Positions 28,357 to 37,894 of a stretch of DNA of 64,000 nt are shown piece after piece. The stretch spans positions 434,001 to 498,000 of IMG/VR virus record IMGVR_UViG_3300027749_002876, one strand, 5' to 3'. The notes under the pieces were generated by a model, which worked only from the letters and a program-made list of their open reading frames with translations, was not told the origin of the DNA and searched no databases. A program made the position numbers and the translations under genes. Within the stretch, counting starts at the first letter, position 1; the number at the start of each line of letters is the position of its first letter.

Positions 28357-28375
28357 TTATTTCTCCTGTTGTTTA

Positions 28376-28419
28376 ACTGTTTAAGATTCTATTATATACT
28401 CAAATCCATTTATTGTCAA
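28376..28419 (-). promoter_or_regulatory. early promoter-leader repeat copy
   Basis: TTGACA 28419-28414, 17 nt, TATAAT 28396-28391, leader AGAATCTTAAACAGT. Confidence 0.9.
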
Positions 28420-28422
28420 ATT

Positions 28423-28695
28423 TTACACCAAGTCAACTTGGACTTGTTTACCACGGATTGTATGACCTAGGCCTGTAGGAACTTCCTCATTTTTACGTTT
28501 TGCTTCATAACGCAAATAAGACAATTTAATTAGTGCATCCCAGCAAGTAGCACGGGCGTTTACCGTAGCAAACATTTCCGTCATTTGCTGGACCGTCATA
28601 TACATACCGATATCGTTTTCGGATCCGTCACCCTTGAAAATTACACGGAATTTTTGTGAGTTATTAAATCCGTCAATGATAGTTTTTGTACGCAT
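28423..28695 (-). CDS. hypothetical early protein
   Basis: 90 aa between two promoter copies. Confidence 0.75.
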   Translation of the reverse strand: MRTKTIIDGFNNSQKFRVIFKGDGSENDIGMYMTVQQMTEMFATVNARATCWDALIKLSYLRYEAKRKNEEVPTGLGHTIRGKQVQVDLV

Positions 28696-28711
28696 TTTCT
28701 AGTCCTTTTCT

Positions 28712-28933
28712 TTATTGTCTAGATTCTATTGTAACAGAAACACCATTTATTGTCAAGTTTTGGTCAAGTTTAAAGTCCTCAAAATCTATCTCATTTTCCA
28801 CATCGGAGATAACATTGCTAAGGTTGATGGACATGTCAAAAGCCTCGTCCGCATCACCAAATATTTCCTCAATGAGATCCTGAGCCTCGTTGAGCAAACT
28901 CAACAATTCCTGGAGGTTTTCAAATTTAGTCAT
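28712..28933 (-). CDS. acidic hypothetical protein
   Basis: 73 aa; AAGG RBS. Confidence 0.6.
   Translation of the reverse strand: MTKFENLQELLSLLNEAQDLIEEIFGDADEAFDMSINLSNVISDVENEIDFEDFKLDQNLTINGVSVTIESRQ
28714..28756 (-). promoter_or_regulatory. early promoter-leader repeat copy
   Basis: TTGACA 28756-28751, 17 nt, TACAAT 28733-28728; overlaps the 3' end of the upstream ORF. Confidence 0.85.
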
Positions 28934-28946
28934 TTAGTATTACCTT

Positions 28947-29168
28947 TTAGATATAGAATTCAGTATCAAAATTCAAAGCGGTATAGACACATTCACGGAC
29001 TTCTGTATCCATTGCTTCACCGAACAATTCATAGTCGCTGTCGGCCAAGTCACGCAAATTTTGATAGACAACGGGCCAAGTGCTTTTCTGCATTTTGTGG
29101 AATTCAATAATATCGGCAATTTGTTTGTTACCGTTTTCGCTAAACATTCCGTATGATACTGTAGTCAT
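28947..29168 (-). CDS. hypothetical early protein
   Basis: 73 aa; own promoter copy. Confidence 0.75.
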   Translation of the reverse strand: MTTVSYGMFSENGNKQIADIIEFHKMQKSTWPVVYQNLRDLADSDYELFGEAMDTEVRECVYTALNFDTEFYI

Positions 29169-29186
29169 TTCTAAGTCCTTTTCTTT

Positions 29187-29230
29187 ACTGTCTAAGATTC
29201 TATTATATACCCAAACCCATTTATTGTCAA
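29187..29230 (-). promoter_or_regulatory. early promoter-leader repeat copy
   Basis: TTGACA 29230-29225, 17 nt, TATAAT 29207-29202, leader AGAATCTTAGACAGT. Confidence 0.9.
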
Positions 29231-29234
29231 ATTT

Positions 29235-29495
29235 TTACATTGACCAATAAGTCTCTGTTGCAGGATTACAACAGTGTGGGGTGTCGGCATCAATTTCTAT
29301 TTCCTTACCGGACATGAGATTTTTAACTGTTTTCTTGGGGAAAACGAATCCAGGGTTAAGAACCTTGAAAGCTTCCAAAGTCTTAGCAGTTTGTGCTAAC
29401 GGGTTAGTTTCAATGAATTTAATCATTGACAGAAAAGTCATACCCAAAAATTCTGCGTCTTTTTGAATAACTTTGATTGCTGTAACTTGTTTCAT
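29235..29495 (-). CDS. hypothetical early protein
   Basis: 86 aa; C-term KNLMSGKE-EI--DTP-CC-PATETYWSM. Confidence 0.75.
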   Translation of the reverse strand: MKQVTAIKVIQKDAEFLGMTFLSMIKFIETNPLAQTAKTLEAFKVLNPGFVFPKKTVKNLMSGKEIEIDADTPHCCNPATETYWSM

Positions 29496-29511
29496 TTGTG
29501 TCCTTTAGTTG

Positions 29512-29555
29512 ACTGTCTAAGATTCTATTATATACCCAAAACCATTTATTGTCAA
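29512..29555 (-). promoter_or_regulatory. early promoter-leader repeat copy
   Basis: TTGACA 29555-29550, 17 nt, TATAAT 29532-29527; 29512-29562 matches 48952-49002 at 50 of 51 nt. Confidence 0.9.
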
Positions 29556-29559
29556 CCTT

Positions 29560-29850
29560 TTATCGTTTGTCGCAATACTCAAAAAGTATCCATTTTGCAC
29601 GATTGAGGGCTTGACGGGCATCTTCGGCTCGCATATAGTCAATTTCACCATATTCGGTGTTAATCATCTCTTGGGCATCACTCATCAAACTAGCGGCCAT
29701 CATTGCAGGACCCGAATGACGAAAAGTAATACTTTGTTCTACAGCCTCACGCATTTGGGCTTCTGTGCAACCATACATGCGGATCTCACGTTTTTCTTGC
29801 ATATCACGGTTAACAGCATTGACGATAGAAGAACGAAAATCAACTGTCAT
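29560..29850 (-). CDS. hypothetical early protein
   Basis: 96 aa; AAGGAG RBS; own promoter copy. Confidence 0.75.
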   Translation of the reverse strand: MTVDFRSSIVNAVNRDMQEKREIRMYGCTEAQMREAVEQSITFRHSGPAMMAASLMSDAQEMINTEYGEIDYMRAEDARQALNRAKWILFEYCDKR

Positions 29851-29867
29851 AAAAACTCCTTTAATTA

Positions 29868-29911
29868 ACTTACTAAGACTCTATTATATACCCAAAACTA
29901 TTTATTGTCAA
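29868..29911 (-). promoter_or_regulatory. early promoter-leader repeat copy
   Basis: TTGACA 29911-29906, 17 nt, TATAAT 29888-29883. Confidence 0.85.
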
Positions 29912-29925
29912 ATTTTGGTAACCGT

Positions 29926-29947
29926 AAAAAAGCCCCGTTTCCAGGGC
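29926..29947 (-). terminator. intrinsic terminator after clpP
   Basis: Minus strand GCCCU-GGAAAC-GGGGC then UUUUUU. Confidence 0.7.
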
Positions 29948-29962
29948 AAAACGTAATATTTT

Positions 29963-30550
29963 TTATTCTCGTTTTTCGATAATTTTATCAATCAATCCAT
30001 AGTCTAATGCTTGTTTGGCTGACATAAAGTTATCACGTTCCATATCAAGTGTAAGTTGTTCAAACGTTTTACCTGCACTGTTATGTTTGACATATATTTC
30101 AGTAAGGTTCTTTTTCATTGCTAGAATTTCTTCTACTTGAATCAACATATCAGTTGCCTGACCACGTGCGCCACCACTAGGTTGATGAATCATATGTCGT
30201 GCATTTGGCAACATAAAACGTTTGTCTTTGGCACCTGCTGTTGCCAATAGACTGCCCATACTACAAGCCTGACCCATAACGATTGTTTGCACATCAGGTT
30301 TGATGAATTGCATACAATCATAGATGGCCATACCAGCAGTTACGCTACCACCTGGACTATTGATATACATTGAGATATCTTTCTCACCCTCTGATTCTAA
30401 AAATAATAGCTGGGCAACGATTAGATTTGCCATTTGGTCGTGTACTTCACCTTCAAGCAAAATAACACGGTCACGCAATAGACGGCTGTAGATATCGTAA
30501 CTACGCTCGCCTTTAGCGGTTTGTTCAATAACGATTGGGACTAGACTCAT
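29963..30550 (-). CDS. clpP: ATP-dependent Clp protease proteolytic subunit
   Basis: [24 protein letters not shown] (Ser), MIHQP (His), ERDNF (Asp). Confidence 0.97.
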   Translation of the reverse strand: MSLVPIVIEQTAKGERSYDIYSRLLRDRVILLEGEVHDQMANLIVAQLLFLESEGEKDISMYINSPGGSVTAGMAIYDCMQFIKPDVQTIVMGQACSMGSLLATAGAKDKRFMLPNARHMIHQPSGGARGQATDMLIQVEEILAMKKNLTEIYVKHNSAGKTFEQLTLDMERDNFMSAKQALDYGLIDKIIEKRE

Positions 30551-30578
30551 AAACTTCCTTTATAAAAATATTTCTATT

Positions 30579-30607
30579 ATTATAACAAGAGTTTATGCTG
30601 TTGTCAA
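30579..30607 (-). promoter_or_regulatory. sigma70-type promoter of clpP
   Basis: TTGACA 30607-30602, 17 nt, TATAAT 30584-30579. Confidence 0.85.
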
Positions 30608-30620
30608 ATGTTTTTGGTAA

Positions 30621-32189
30621 TTAACGTGTCTTACGTTTTTTACGACCTGCACCACCCGTATCAGTATCAACGGGTTCAATTGTTCTAGGTTCTTTCCTAC
30701 GTTTTGGATCAACAATATCAGCCGCCGCAACAGTTACGTCATCGCCGTATTCATCAGATTGAACTACATCACCTGTAGCACCATCTGGACCTGGATCTTC
30801 ATAGTCTTGTGCATTTCTACCCAATTTGAAACTGAACCCTGCACTACTTGGTTGTTTTGCACTAGATTTGTTTTCTAATGTAACAACACCTTCTAGCTTA
30901 GATGGCCATTGGGTTGCAAAGGTCAATTCACCGTTAGCATGATAATCAGTGTATTGTTGAATGAAGTTCATTTCCAAAACTTGTAAGATAGTATCAGCAA
31001 ACTCAGGTATTGCATTATCTTCATTCACCGCACGTGATATTGTTTTCTTAATTAGATATACTAATTTACCACCTTCTGTAGCAACCTCACTATTAACAGT
31101 TGCAAGTAAAGGTTGATATGATGCTGGTAATCTAGAGCCATTGTTTATACTATCAATACTTTGTTGTAATACTTTAGGTGATGTGGTTTCAAATGGTAAA
31201 AACTTATGCCATACTTTAGGAATGCTATTCGGATTTACTTTGAATAAAAAATCCATAATCTTAAATGCTTGAACGATAGTACTTGGCCCGGTTTCGTCTT
31301 TTCCTGCCTGACACAACTCAATAAGTTTAACTGCGTTTTTTAGTTTACCATTACGCTTGATATCATCACTAACCTTTAAGCCTGATACAGCAGGAGCCGC
31401 TCCTCCTCCGGTGCCTTTACTTGAAATGTTTAAGCTATGACTTGTTCCTGGATTAGTAATAGTAGCATAACTATCAGCAATATTATTGTTAGCCGCACTC
31501 GGAAAGTTTAATACTAGTGAACCCATATCACCGCCTAGCCATTCTAGGAATTGACGTTTTCTAGGGAAGCGAGTACGGTCATATAATAATGCTAGTACAC
31601 CTAAGTATTCACCGGCATAATCAACAATGGCCTTACGTTCTTTTTCTTTTTCTTTTGTTACGTAGTTTTCAGGTAGTTGAACATATTCACCTGACACAAT
31701 ATAAGTAGCAAGTTGTTGTACTACTTGTCCGTAATCTGTACTAGCTAATACTTGATTGTTCTCAATAGTATCGTATAAGTCTGATGCTGGGATATTTCTA
31801 TCTGTGATTTTAATCAATGATGGTTTTAATAAAACAGATTCTTTTGTACTACCACCAAATTCTTCATTCTTAGCTAACTGTGCCATTGGGATTTCTCTAC
31901 CATCTTTGGTTATAATAGTAATCTTTTCACCGATAAAATCACCTGAATCTTTAAGTTGAGTTAACCGATTTACTTCGCTAGCTTTGATATAAATATCTTC
32001 ACCGGTATAGTTATCAACAAATGGTTTATTAGTTTTTATTTTATTGATTAACAAATTCCATCTTTCAGGTTTTTTATTAATCTGTGTTGGAGTTAAACCG
32101 TTAGCAAACAAAGTAGAAGGAGCGTTAGGATCCTTCTTTTTAGCTTCATCCATAGCTAAGTTTTCAAGTAATGTTAATAAATCACGCAT
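30621..32189 (-). CDS. large hypothetical protein, possibly virion-internal with a nuclease-like segment
   Basis: 522 aa; TAAATA 6 nt before ATG; N-term MRDLLTLLE; ADSY...ISSKG segment. Confidence 0.7.
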   Translation of the reverse strand: MRDLLTLLENLAMDEAKKKDPNAPSTLFANGLTPTQINKKPERWNLLINKIKTNKPFVDNYTGEDIYIKASEVNRLTQLKDSGDFIGEKITIITKDGREIPMAQLAKNEEFGGSTKESVLLKPSLIKITDRNIPASDLYDTIENNQVLASTDYGQVVQQLATYIVSGEYVQLPENYVTKEKEKERKAIVDYAGEYLGVLALLYDRTRFPRKRQFLEWLGGDMGSLVLNFPSAANNNIADSYATITNPGTSHSLNISSKGTGGGAAPAVSGLKVSDDIKRNGKLKNAVKLIELCQAGKDETGPSTIVQAFKIMDFLFKVNPNSIPKVWHKFLPFETTSPKVLQQSIDSINNGSRLPASYQPLLATVNSEVATEGGKLVYLIKKTISRAVNEDNAIPEFADTILQVLEMNFIQQYTDYHANGELTFATQWPSKLEGVVTLENKSSAKQPSSAGFSFKLGRNAQDYEDPGPDGATGDVVQSDEYGDDVTVAAADIVDPKRRKEPRTIEPVDTDTGGAGRKKRKTR

Positions 32190-32250
32190 AATGAGTATTT
32201 ATGCTTTTAAACAGATTTTGATATTTAAACCATTGCCTAATAGGCAAGTG

Positions 32251-33390
32251 TTAACTCAACATGAGGTTAGCCTCACGGCTAACATAATTGTCATAGTCTT
32301 TTGCAAGTAATAACACCGTATCATGTGGTGTGTTAATATTCCTTGCTACACGGGCTCTAACATACTTGCTTACATTTTTTGCAAGTAACATCAATGTTTC
32401 AGGTGGAGTGCTTCGATTTGATGCTACATTCATTTGAACATCTACGACTGGGTCTTTTGCAAGTAACATCAATGTTTTAGGTGGGGTGCTTGGATTTGAT
32501 GCTACTAACTCTCTAACATCTATATCCTTATCTTTTGCTAGCAACATCAATTGTTCGGATGGAACTTCTTCCCGATCGGCAATTAATTTTTTTGTTTTTA
32601 ATGGCATTTTAGATACATCAATTTTAGAGAAGTCGTAATGTGCTCTAATAGCTGATTGTGTATCCAAATAACTGCTACTACGTAGACGATAGTTGCCTTC
32701 AGGACTATTAGAATTTGCAAACTTACAAAATTTATCAACTACTTCTCTAAAGCCAGCTACATTAGTTCCGTACGCATTATCTGGAAAAAGTACCATATGA
32801 TTTTTGTAATAATATGGCTTTATCAATATTCGAGCCAATGGGTTATCAATATTTTTATCATTTTCTCTAATCAAGTATGCAATGATTGCTCCGTTTTTAA
32901 TGTCTGCTGGTATATATTTATTATTAACAGTCGGACCGTCATCTAAATCCATACATGAAACCCAACCACGGTCTGTACTCATACCTGCAATATCAATCGG
33001 ATCTCTTGAAAACACCACCTCAAGTGGAGAAGCCTGCCGTGTCGCGGCCCTAATTGGGTCATTTGCAAATTTATTTAATAACTTTTTATCCTTGATTAAT
33101 TTTCCAATTTTTATTTTTTTACTTGGATCACTAGATTTTTTTGCCAATCCATGCTTATAGTCATCAATTTCATACCCAAGATTAGAAATTGCATTTTGTA
33201 GTTCTTTTTGAGTGGATGAAATTTCTTTACCTGAATCGGAAGATTGTACTTCTAGAGGTGCATAAATCCGAGATTTTCCATTAAACACATTATCGTGTAT
33301 ATTAGCATCGTACTCTGACCCTAAATCTTTGTATAATTTTGCAATTTGTTCAGGTGTTAGTGCTTCAATTAAAAATTCTGTGGCTCTCAT
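32251..33390 (-). CDS. protein with C-terminal leucine-rich-variant (LRV/HEAT-like) repeats
   Basis: About four 24-aa repeats L-LLAKD----VR--VA-N--TP; N-term MRATEFLIE; TAAGTA 5 nt before ATG. Confidence 0.8.
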   Translation of the reverse strand: MRATEFLIEALTPEQIAKLYKDLGSEYDANIHDNVFNGKSRIYAPLEVQSSDSGKEISSTQKELQNAISNLGYEIDDYKHGLAKKSSDPSKKIKIGKLIKDKKLLNKFANDPIRAATRQASPLEVVFSRDPIDIAGMSTDRGWVSCMDLDDGPTVNNKYIPADIKNGAIIAYLIRENDKNIDNPLARILIKPYYYKNHMVLFPDNAYGTNVAGFREVVDKFCKFANSNSPEGNYRLRSSSYLDTQSAIRAHYDFSKIDVSKMPLKTKKLIADREEVPSEQLMLLAKDKDIDVRELVASNPSTPPKTLMLLAKDPVVDVQMNVASNRSTPPETLMLLAKNVSKYVRARVARNINTPHDTVLLLAKDYDNYVSREANLMLS

Positions 33391-33398
33391 ATTAGTAC

Positions 33399-33890
33399 TT
33401 ATGCTTTAAACAAATCCTGGTGCTTAAACCACTTGCGCTTACTGTGAGCACCTTTTAATGAAATTCTATGTTTCTTTAATTTATCTCGGAATACAAAGAA
33501 GCTAGGACCATGACTCATTAGAGGTTGTTTACCTCGTTGAAGTCTTTCCATTCCTTGAATATCCCATTGATATTGATGGCACATTTCGTGTGCTAATACT
33601 GTGATAAGCCACTGCTTACAGTACCACTTGTCCATCACTCTTATTTTACAGTAGCTCTTAGTCCTACTAGGCATTTCTAATGAACCGTAACACATGCCCC
33701 AATATTTTCTACAACGTGGCATAACTTCAATCTCAGGCATTATTAGCTTGTTATTAAATATTGTTTTATTCAGCATCCTATAAAGTGATATAACTTCATC
33801 ACGGTTGGTTCTATAACAAAGACGTTTTTGATATGTGATTGGTGGCAATTCCTCACGCATAAGGTCGATAATAGAAGTTTTTTTGAACAT
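33399..33890 (-). CDS. SprT-like zinc metalloprotease
   Basis: VLAHEMCHQY (HExxH) and SHG-F motif. Confidence 0.85.
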   Translation of the reverse strand: MFKKTSIIDLMREELPPITYQKRLCYRTNRDEVISLYRMLNKTIFNNKLIMPEIEVMPRCRKYWGMCYGSLEMPSRTKSYCKIRVMDKWYCKQWLITVLAHEMCHQYQWDIQGMERLQRGKQPLMSHGPSFFVFRDKLKKHRISLKGAHSKRKWFKHQDLFKA

Positions 33891-33989
33891 AATGTATTTA
33901 TGATACTATTTAAATACGAATAATACACATATTACGGAAAAAATATATAACTTCTCTATCCGATTAAATATATGTTTAGGAGAAATCAA

Positions 33990-34310
33990 ATGGAAATTAT
34001 TATAGGATTGGTCATTTTGGCCGGAGTAGCTTGGTTCTTTTTCATGCGTAATGATAAGAAATCAGATGAGGTAGTCACATCTGCTACAGATAACGTCACT
34101 GCCCCGTACAAAGTACCAGAACCATCCGCTACTACACCAATACCGTTGGTCGCAGAAGTTATCCCAGCTGGTACGGAAGCTACAATGGCTGCACCAACTA
34201 AAGCTAAAGCACCAGCAAAGCCAAAGGCGCCGGCTAAGCCAAAAGCAACAACTGCTAAAGTTTCGGCAAAAGCTAAAGCACCTGCAAAGCCAAAAGCACC
34301 AAAAGCTTAA
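33990..34310 (+). CDS. membrane-anchored protein with histone-like AKAPAKPK repeats
   Basis: AGGAG RBS before ATG 33990; N-terminal TM; PAKPKA repeats. Confidence 0.7.
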   Translation: MEIIIGLVILAGVAWFFFMRNDKKSDEVVTSATDNVTAPYKVPEPSATTPIPLVAEVIPAGTEATMAAPTKAKAPAKPKAPAKPKATTAKVSAKAKAPAKPKAPKA

Positions 34311-35011
34311 TGAATATAGGGTTTGATGTTATTAGCGACCTTAATCTGGCCGCTGAAGATAGCTTTGATTGGGAAGATAAGGCAACAAGCCTATACCTAA
34401 TTATAGCAGGAAATATAAGCAATGATTTGCGAGTAATACATCAAACACTGGTTCATCTATCAAAATTTTATCAGGGTATCTTTTATATGCCCGGATCGTT
34501 AGAACACGATTCAATGCACCTTATAAAAAACAGATACAGAGAAATAGTAGAACTCTGTAGACCATTGAAAAAAGTAGCATGTCTATATAGATATGTAGTT
34601 ATCATCAATGGTGTTGCCGTTCTAGGAGCAAATGGATGGTACGGTAATAAAAATGATTTGACCGACTCTTTAGAGAAGCTACATCTACATTCACAGCAAG
34701 TAGAAGATGTAACTTATCTGGGTGCTAGTTTAGAAAGACTTCAACTACATCTGGACGTTAAGAAAATAATTGTAGTTACACATAGTTCCCCTAGTCCCGA
34801 GTTGTTCTTTAAAGAAAATCCACCCGATCTTGATGTTCAAATTCCAATGATGCAAGTATTAGGAAATGATTCAGAAAATAAAGTAGTTACTTGGGTTTAT
34901 GGTAGCTACAACAAAAATGTTGAAACTACTATCAATAACATAAATTATGTAAACAATTCATGTTATGATAAAAATCCTTATTGGCCTAAAAGAATTGATG
35001 TAGAAGTTTAA
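34310..35011 (+). CDS. degenerate calcineurin-like phosphoesterase fold protein
   Basis: SDLN, AGNI, GSLEH, VTHS, WVYGSYN occupy the positions of SDLH, GD, GNHE, H, HGH-H. Confidence 0.7.
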   Translation: MNIGFDVISDLNLAAEDSFDWEDKATSLYLIIAGNISNDLRVIHQTLVHLSKFYQGIFYMPGSLEHDSMHLIKNRYREIVELCRPLKKVACLYRYVVIINGVAVLGANGWYGNKNDLTDSLEKLHLHSQQVEDVTYLGASLERLQLHLDVKKIIVVTHSSPSPELFFKENPPDLDVQIPMMQVLGNDSENKVVTWVYGSYNKNVETTINNINYVNNSCYDKNPYWPKRIDVEV

Positions 35012-35316
35012 TTAACATCAGCTTCAACTTTAACCTGTAGAGGGAATCCCTGACTACGTGCATCAAGTGTAACTTCAATCCCGCGCTGTTCTGCAATCTC
35101 ATATGGTAATACAGCAACTATAGCACTACCCTGTTGATGAATATTTTCAGTTAGTGATGTAGCAGTATCTTGATTATAATTAAAATACCCGATTAAACTG
35201 TTAACCACAAAATTCATACTGGTAACTTCATCGTTCATATAAATGACTCTATAGAGTGGTGGTTCAGCAAGATTTATGTTTGGGCTGATTTTAATTTTAA
35301 TATCTGTTTTGGACAT
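35008..35316 (-). CDS. clpS: N-end-rule adaptor ClpS
   Basis: EPPLYRVI-MND--T-MNFVV; IH--G-AIV----YEIAE; FPLQV. Confidence 0.92.
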   Translation of the reverse strand: MSKTDIKIKISPNINLAEPPLYRVIYMNDEVTSMNFVVNSLIGYFNYNQDTATSLTENIHQQGSAIVAVLPYEIAEQRGIEVTLDARSQGFPLQVKVEADVN

Positions 35317-35333
35317 AGTGTTAAGTTAGTTAT

Positions 35334-35357
35334 ATGTGCGAGTGTTACCCCGCACAT
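35334..35357 (-). other. hairpin immediately downstream of a TAAATA motif (35364-35359) in the clpS leader
   Basis: ATGTGCG...CGCACAT inverted repeat. Confidence 0.5.
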
Positions 35358-35380
35358 TTATTTATATAAAATTTATTATA

Positions 35381-35830
35381 TTACTTAGTGTAATTTATTG
35401 CAATAGATTTCGGCTTCTTTTCTTCAGGAACTTTACGTTCTAAAAAGATAGAAAGAATTCCATTCTTTACTTCAGCATGTATAACCTCCACATGTTCAGC
35501 TAATGGGAATGTCTGTGTGAAATCTCTACTGCTTAGTCCTCGATGTAAATATTCATAATTAATTACTTCTTCACGTACCCTAGATCCAGATACAATTAGT
35601 GCATTGTTATCTAATTTAACATCTAATTCATCTTCACCAAACCCGGCTACTGCAATTTCAATGGTTACAGTTTCCTCACCTGTTTTAATTACATTGTGTG
35701 GTGGATAATTAGTATTAGTTTGTCCAGCTGTTAAACGCATTAGTTCGTCTAACATAGAATCAAATCCGATTCCAAATTTGTGTATAGATGGAATATCTAT
35801 AGCACGAAGGGTTAAAGTTTTTGTTGTCAT
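35381..35830 (-). CDS. ibpA: small heat-shock protein (Hsp20/IbpA family)
   Basis: IGFD, YPPHNVIK, IEIAVAGF, YLHRGLS-R-F---F-LAEHVEV--A---NGILSI-L. Confidence 0.95.
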   Translation of the reverse strand: MTTKTLTLRAIDIPSIHKFGIGFDSMLDELMRLTAGQTNTNYPPHNVIKTGEETVTIEIAVAGFGEDELDVKLDNNALIVSGSRVREEVINYEYLHRGLSSRDFTQTFPLAEHVEVIHAEVKNGILSIFLERKVPEEKKPKSIAINYTK

Positions 35831-35888
35831 GTTTTTCTCCTATTAAGCAAGTTTATGACTATCGGGCCCGCAGAATGCGGCACCCGAT
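35831..35888 (-). promoter_or_regulatory. ROSE-like RNA thermometer leader of hsp20
   Basis: mRNA: AUCGGGU-G-CCGCA-UUC-UGCGG-GCCCGAU hairpin, then CUU(G)CU-UAAU-AGGAG hairpin sequestering the SD. Confidence 0.7.
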
Positions 35889-35900
35889 TTTTTATCTAAT

Positions 35901-37796
35901 TTAATTAGATTCTTTTACTTCCGCATCAACTACATTGTCATTAGCATTCTTTGCTTCTGTAGCTTCTTTGGCTTTTTGTTCCTCATCATATTTGATTTTT
36001 GTGATGGGACTAATTGCTTCGTATAAGTCTTTGATTTTGTTTTCAATTTCTTCTACGTCTGTTCCAGCTAATGCAACTTCCAATGCATCAATGCTATTAG
36101 ATGCTTTTTCTTTTTCTTCTGCTGTAACACTATCTCCGTGCTTCTCGTAGTCTTTACGGAAACTGTTCAATGTTGATTCGCCGTTATTTTTTGCTTGAAT
36201 AAATTTAACTTGTTTGGCATCAGATTCAGCATTTGCTTCAGCATCATTAACCATTTGTTGAATTTCTCTTTCAGTTAGTCCTGAATCAGATTTGATAGTA
36301 ATCTTATTCTCTTTGCCTGTACCTTTATCTTTGGCACTTACATTAAGAATACCATTTGCATCAATATCTAACGTGACTTCAATTTGAGGAACACCACGCA
36401 TTGATGGAGGAATGCCCTCTAAATTAAATTCACCTAATATCTTATTGTATGTAAACAAATCACGTTCACCTTGTGCAACCTTAATAGTTACTGCAGGTTG
36501 ATTGTCTTCCGCTGTACTAAACACTTGACTATGCTTAGTTGGGATAGTTGTATTCTTCTTAATCAATTTAGTGAATACACCGCCACTTGTTTCAATACCC
36601 AAACTCAGTGGTGTCACATCCAATAACAATACGTCAGTGCGTTCACCGGCTAATACACTACCTTGAAGTGCCGCACCTGCCGCCACTGCTTCATCAGGAT
36701 TAACATCTTTGCGTGGTGCCTGACCAAACAACTTCTCAACTGTTTCTTGTACTTTGGGCATACGTGTCATACCACCAACAAGAATAACCTCATCAATGTC
36801 AGCAATTTTAACACCGGCATCTTGTATAGCTTGTTGACATGGTTTGATACTACGTTGAATCAATTCATCAACTAACAATTCTAATTTAGCACGACTTAAT
36901 TTAACATTTAAGTGTTTAGGTCCACTAACATCGGCTGTGATATATGGCAAGTTAACATCTGTTTGAGCACTACTACTTAACTCAATCTTTGCTTTCTCAG
37001 CCGCATCTTTCATCCGTTGCAATGCCAATACATCTTTGGTTAAGTCAATACCGTTGTCTTTCTTAAACTCATCAACTAAGAAGTCCATGATACGTTGGTC
37101 AAAGTCTTCGCCACCTAAGAACGTATCACCATTTGTTGATAATACTTCAATTTGTGTTTCACCATCAACATCTGCTAATTCAATAATACTTACATCAAAT
37201 GTACCACCACCTAAGTCATAAACAGCAATCTTACGGTCCGTTTTATCTTTTTTATCTACACCATATGCTAGTGCAGCCGCAGTAGGTTCGTTGATAATAC
37301 GCAATACTTCTAGTCCTGCAATACGTCCTGCGTCTTTAGTTGCTTGACGTTGGCTATCATTGAAGTAAGCTGGAACTGTAATAACTGCTTGAGTAACTGT
37401 TGTACCCAAATAGTCTTCAGCAGTCTTTTTCATCTTACGTAATACTTCAGCACTGATTTGCGGTGGTGCTAATTTTTGCCCATTAGACTCAACCCATGCA
37501 TCGCCATTGTCTGCCTTAATGATTTTGTATGGCATCAAGTCAATATCTTTTTGAACCGCTTGTTCTGTGAACTTACGACCAATCAATCGCTTGGCAGCAT
37601 AGATTGTATTCTTTGGGTTTGTAACTGATTGACGTTTGGCACTTGCACCTACTAATATCTCATCATTGGCATAGGCAACGATTGAGGGTGTAGTTCTTGC
37701 ACCTTCACTGTTTTCAATTATTTTGGGGATTCCGTTTTCAATAACGGCTACGCAGGAATTTGTGGTTCCGAGGTCTATTCCAATTACTTTGCTCAT
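35901..37796 (-). CDS. dnaK: chaperone DnaK (Hsp70)
   Basis: [41 protein letters not shown]; AAGGAG RBS supports the start at 37796 (631 aa). Confidence 0.98.
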   Translation of the reverse strand: MSKVIGIDLGTTNSCVAVIENGIPKIIENSEGARTTPSIVAYANDEILVGASAKRQSVTNPKNTIYAAKRLIGRKFTEQAVQKDIDLMPYKIIKADNGDAWVESNGQKLAPPQISAEVLRKMKKTAEDYLGTTVTQAVITVPAYFNDSQRQATKDAGRIAGLEVLRIINEPTAAALAYGVDKKDKTDRKIAVYDLGGGTFDVSIIELADVDGETQIEVLSTNGDTFLGGEDFDQRIMDFLVDEFKKDNGIDLTKDVLALQRMKDAAEKAKIELSSSAQTDVNLPYITADVSGPKHLNVKLSRAKLELLVDELIQRSIKPCQQAIQDAGVKIADIDEVILVGGMTRMPKVQETVEKLFGQAPRKDVNPDEAVAAGAALQGSVLAGERTDVLLLDVTPLSLGIETSGGVFTKLIKKNTTIPTKHSQVFSTAEDNQPAVTIKVAQGERDLFTYNKILGEFNLEGIPPSMRGVPQIEVTLDIDANGILNVSAKDKGTGKENKITIKSDSGLTEREIQQMVNDAEANAESDAKQVKFIQAKNNGESTLNSFRKDYEKHGDSVTAEEKEKASNSIDALEVALAGTDVEEIENKIKDLYEAISPITKIKYDEEQKAKEATEAKNANDNVVDAEVKESN

Positions 37797-37862
37797 TTTT
37801 TCTCCTTTATAAAGCAAGATTCTAATTTCAGACCCGATAATCGGCATCTGAGTACATATTTA
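37797..37862 (-). promoter_or_regulatory. TAAATA promoter plus ROSE-like RNA thermometer leader of dnaK
   Basis: TAAATA 37862-37857; mRNA UCAGAU-G-CCGA-UUA-UCGG-GUCUGA hairpin, then CUU(G)CUU-UAUA-AAGGAG. Confidence 0.7.
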
Positions 37863-37894
37863 TCATATTGATAATACGTAAAAAATTCTATTAT

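Noticed and set aside
37797-37847. 17-aa N-terminal extension of DnaK in the ORF track
   Set aside because: Canonical [10 protein letters not shown] start with AAGGAG at 37796; the upstream ATG lies inside the leader hairpin
35831-37862. CIRCE or sigma32 heat-shock control of dnaK and hsp20
   Set aside because: No TTAGCACTC-N9-GAGTGCTAA and no clear sigma32 boxes; the inverted repeats fit RNA hairpins with bulges instead
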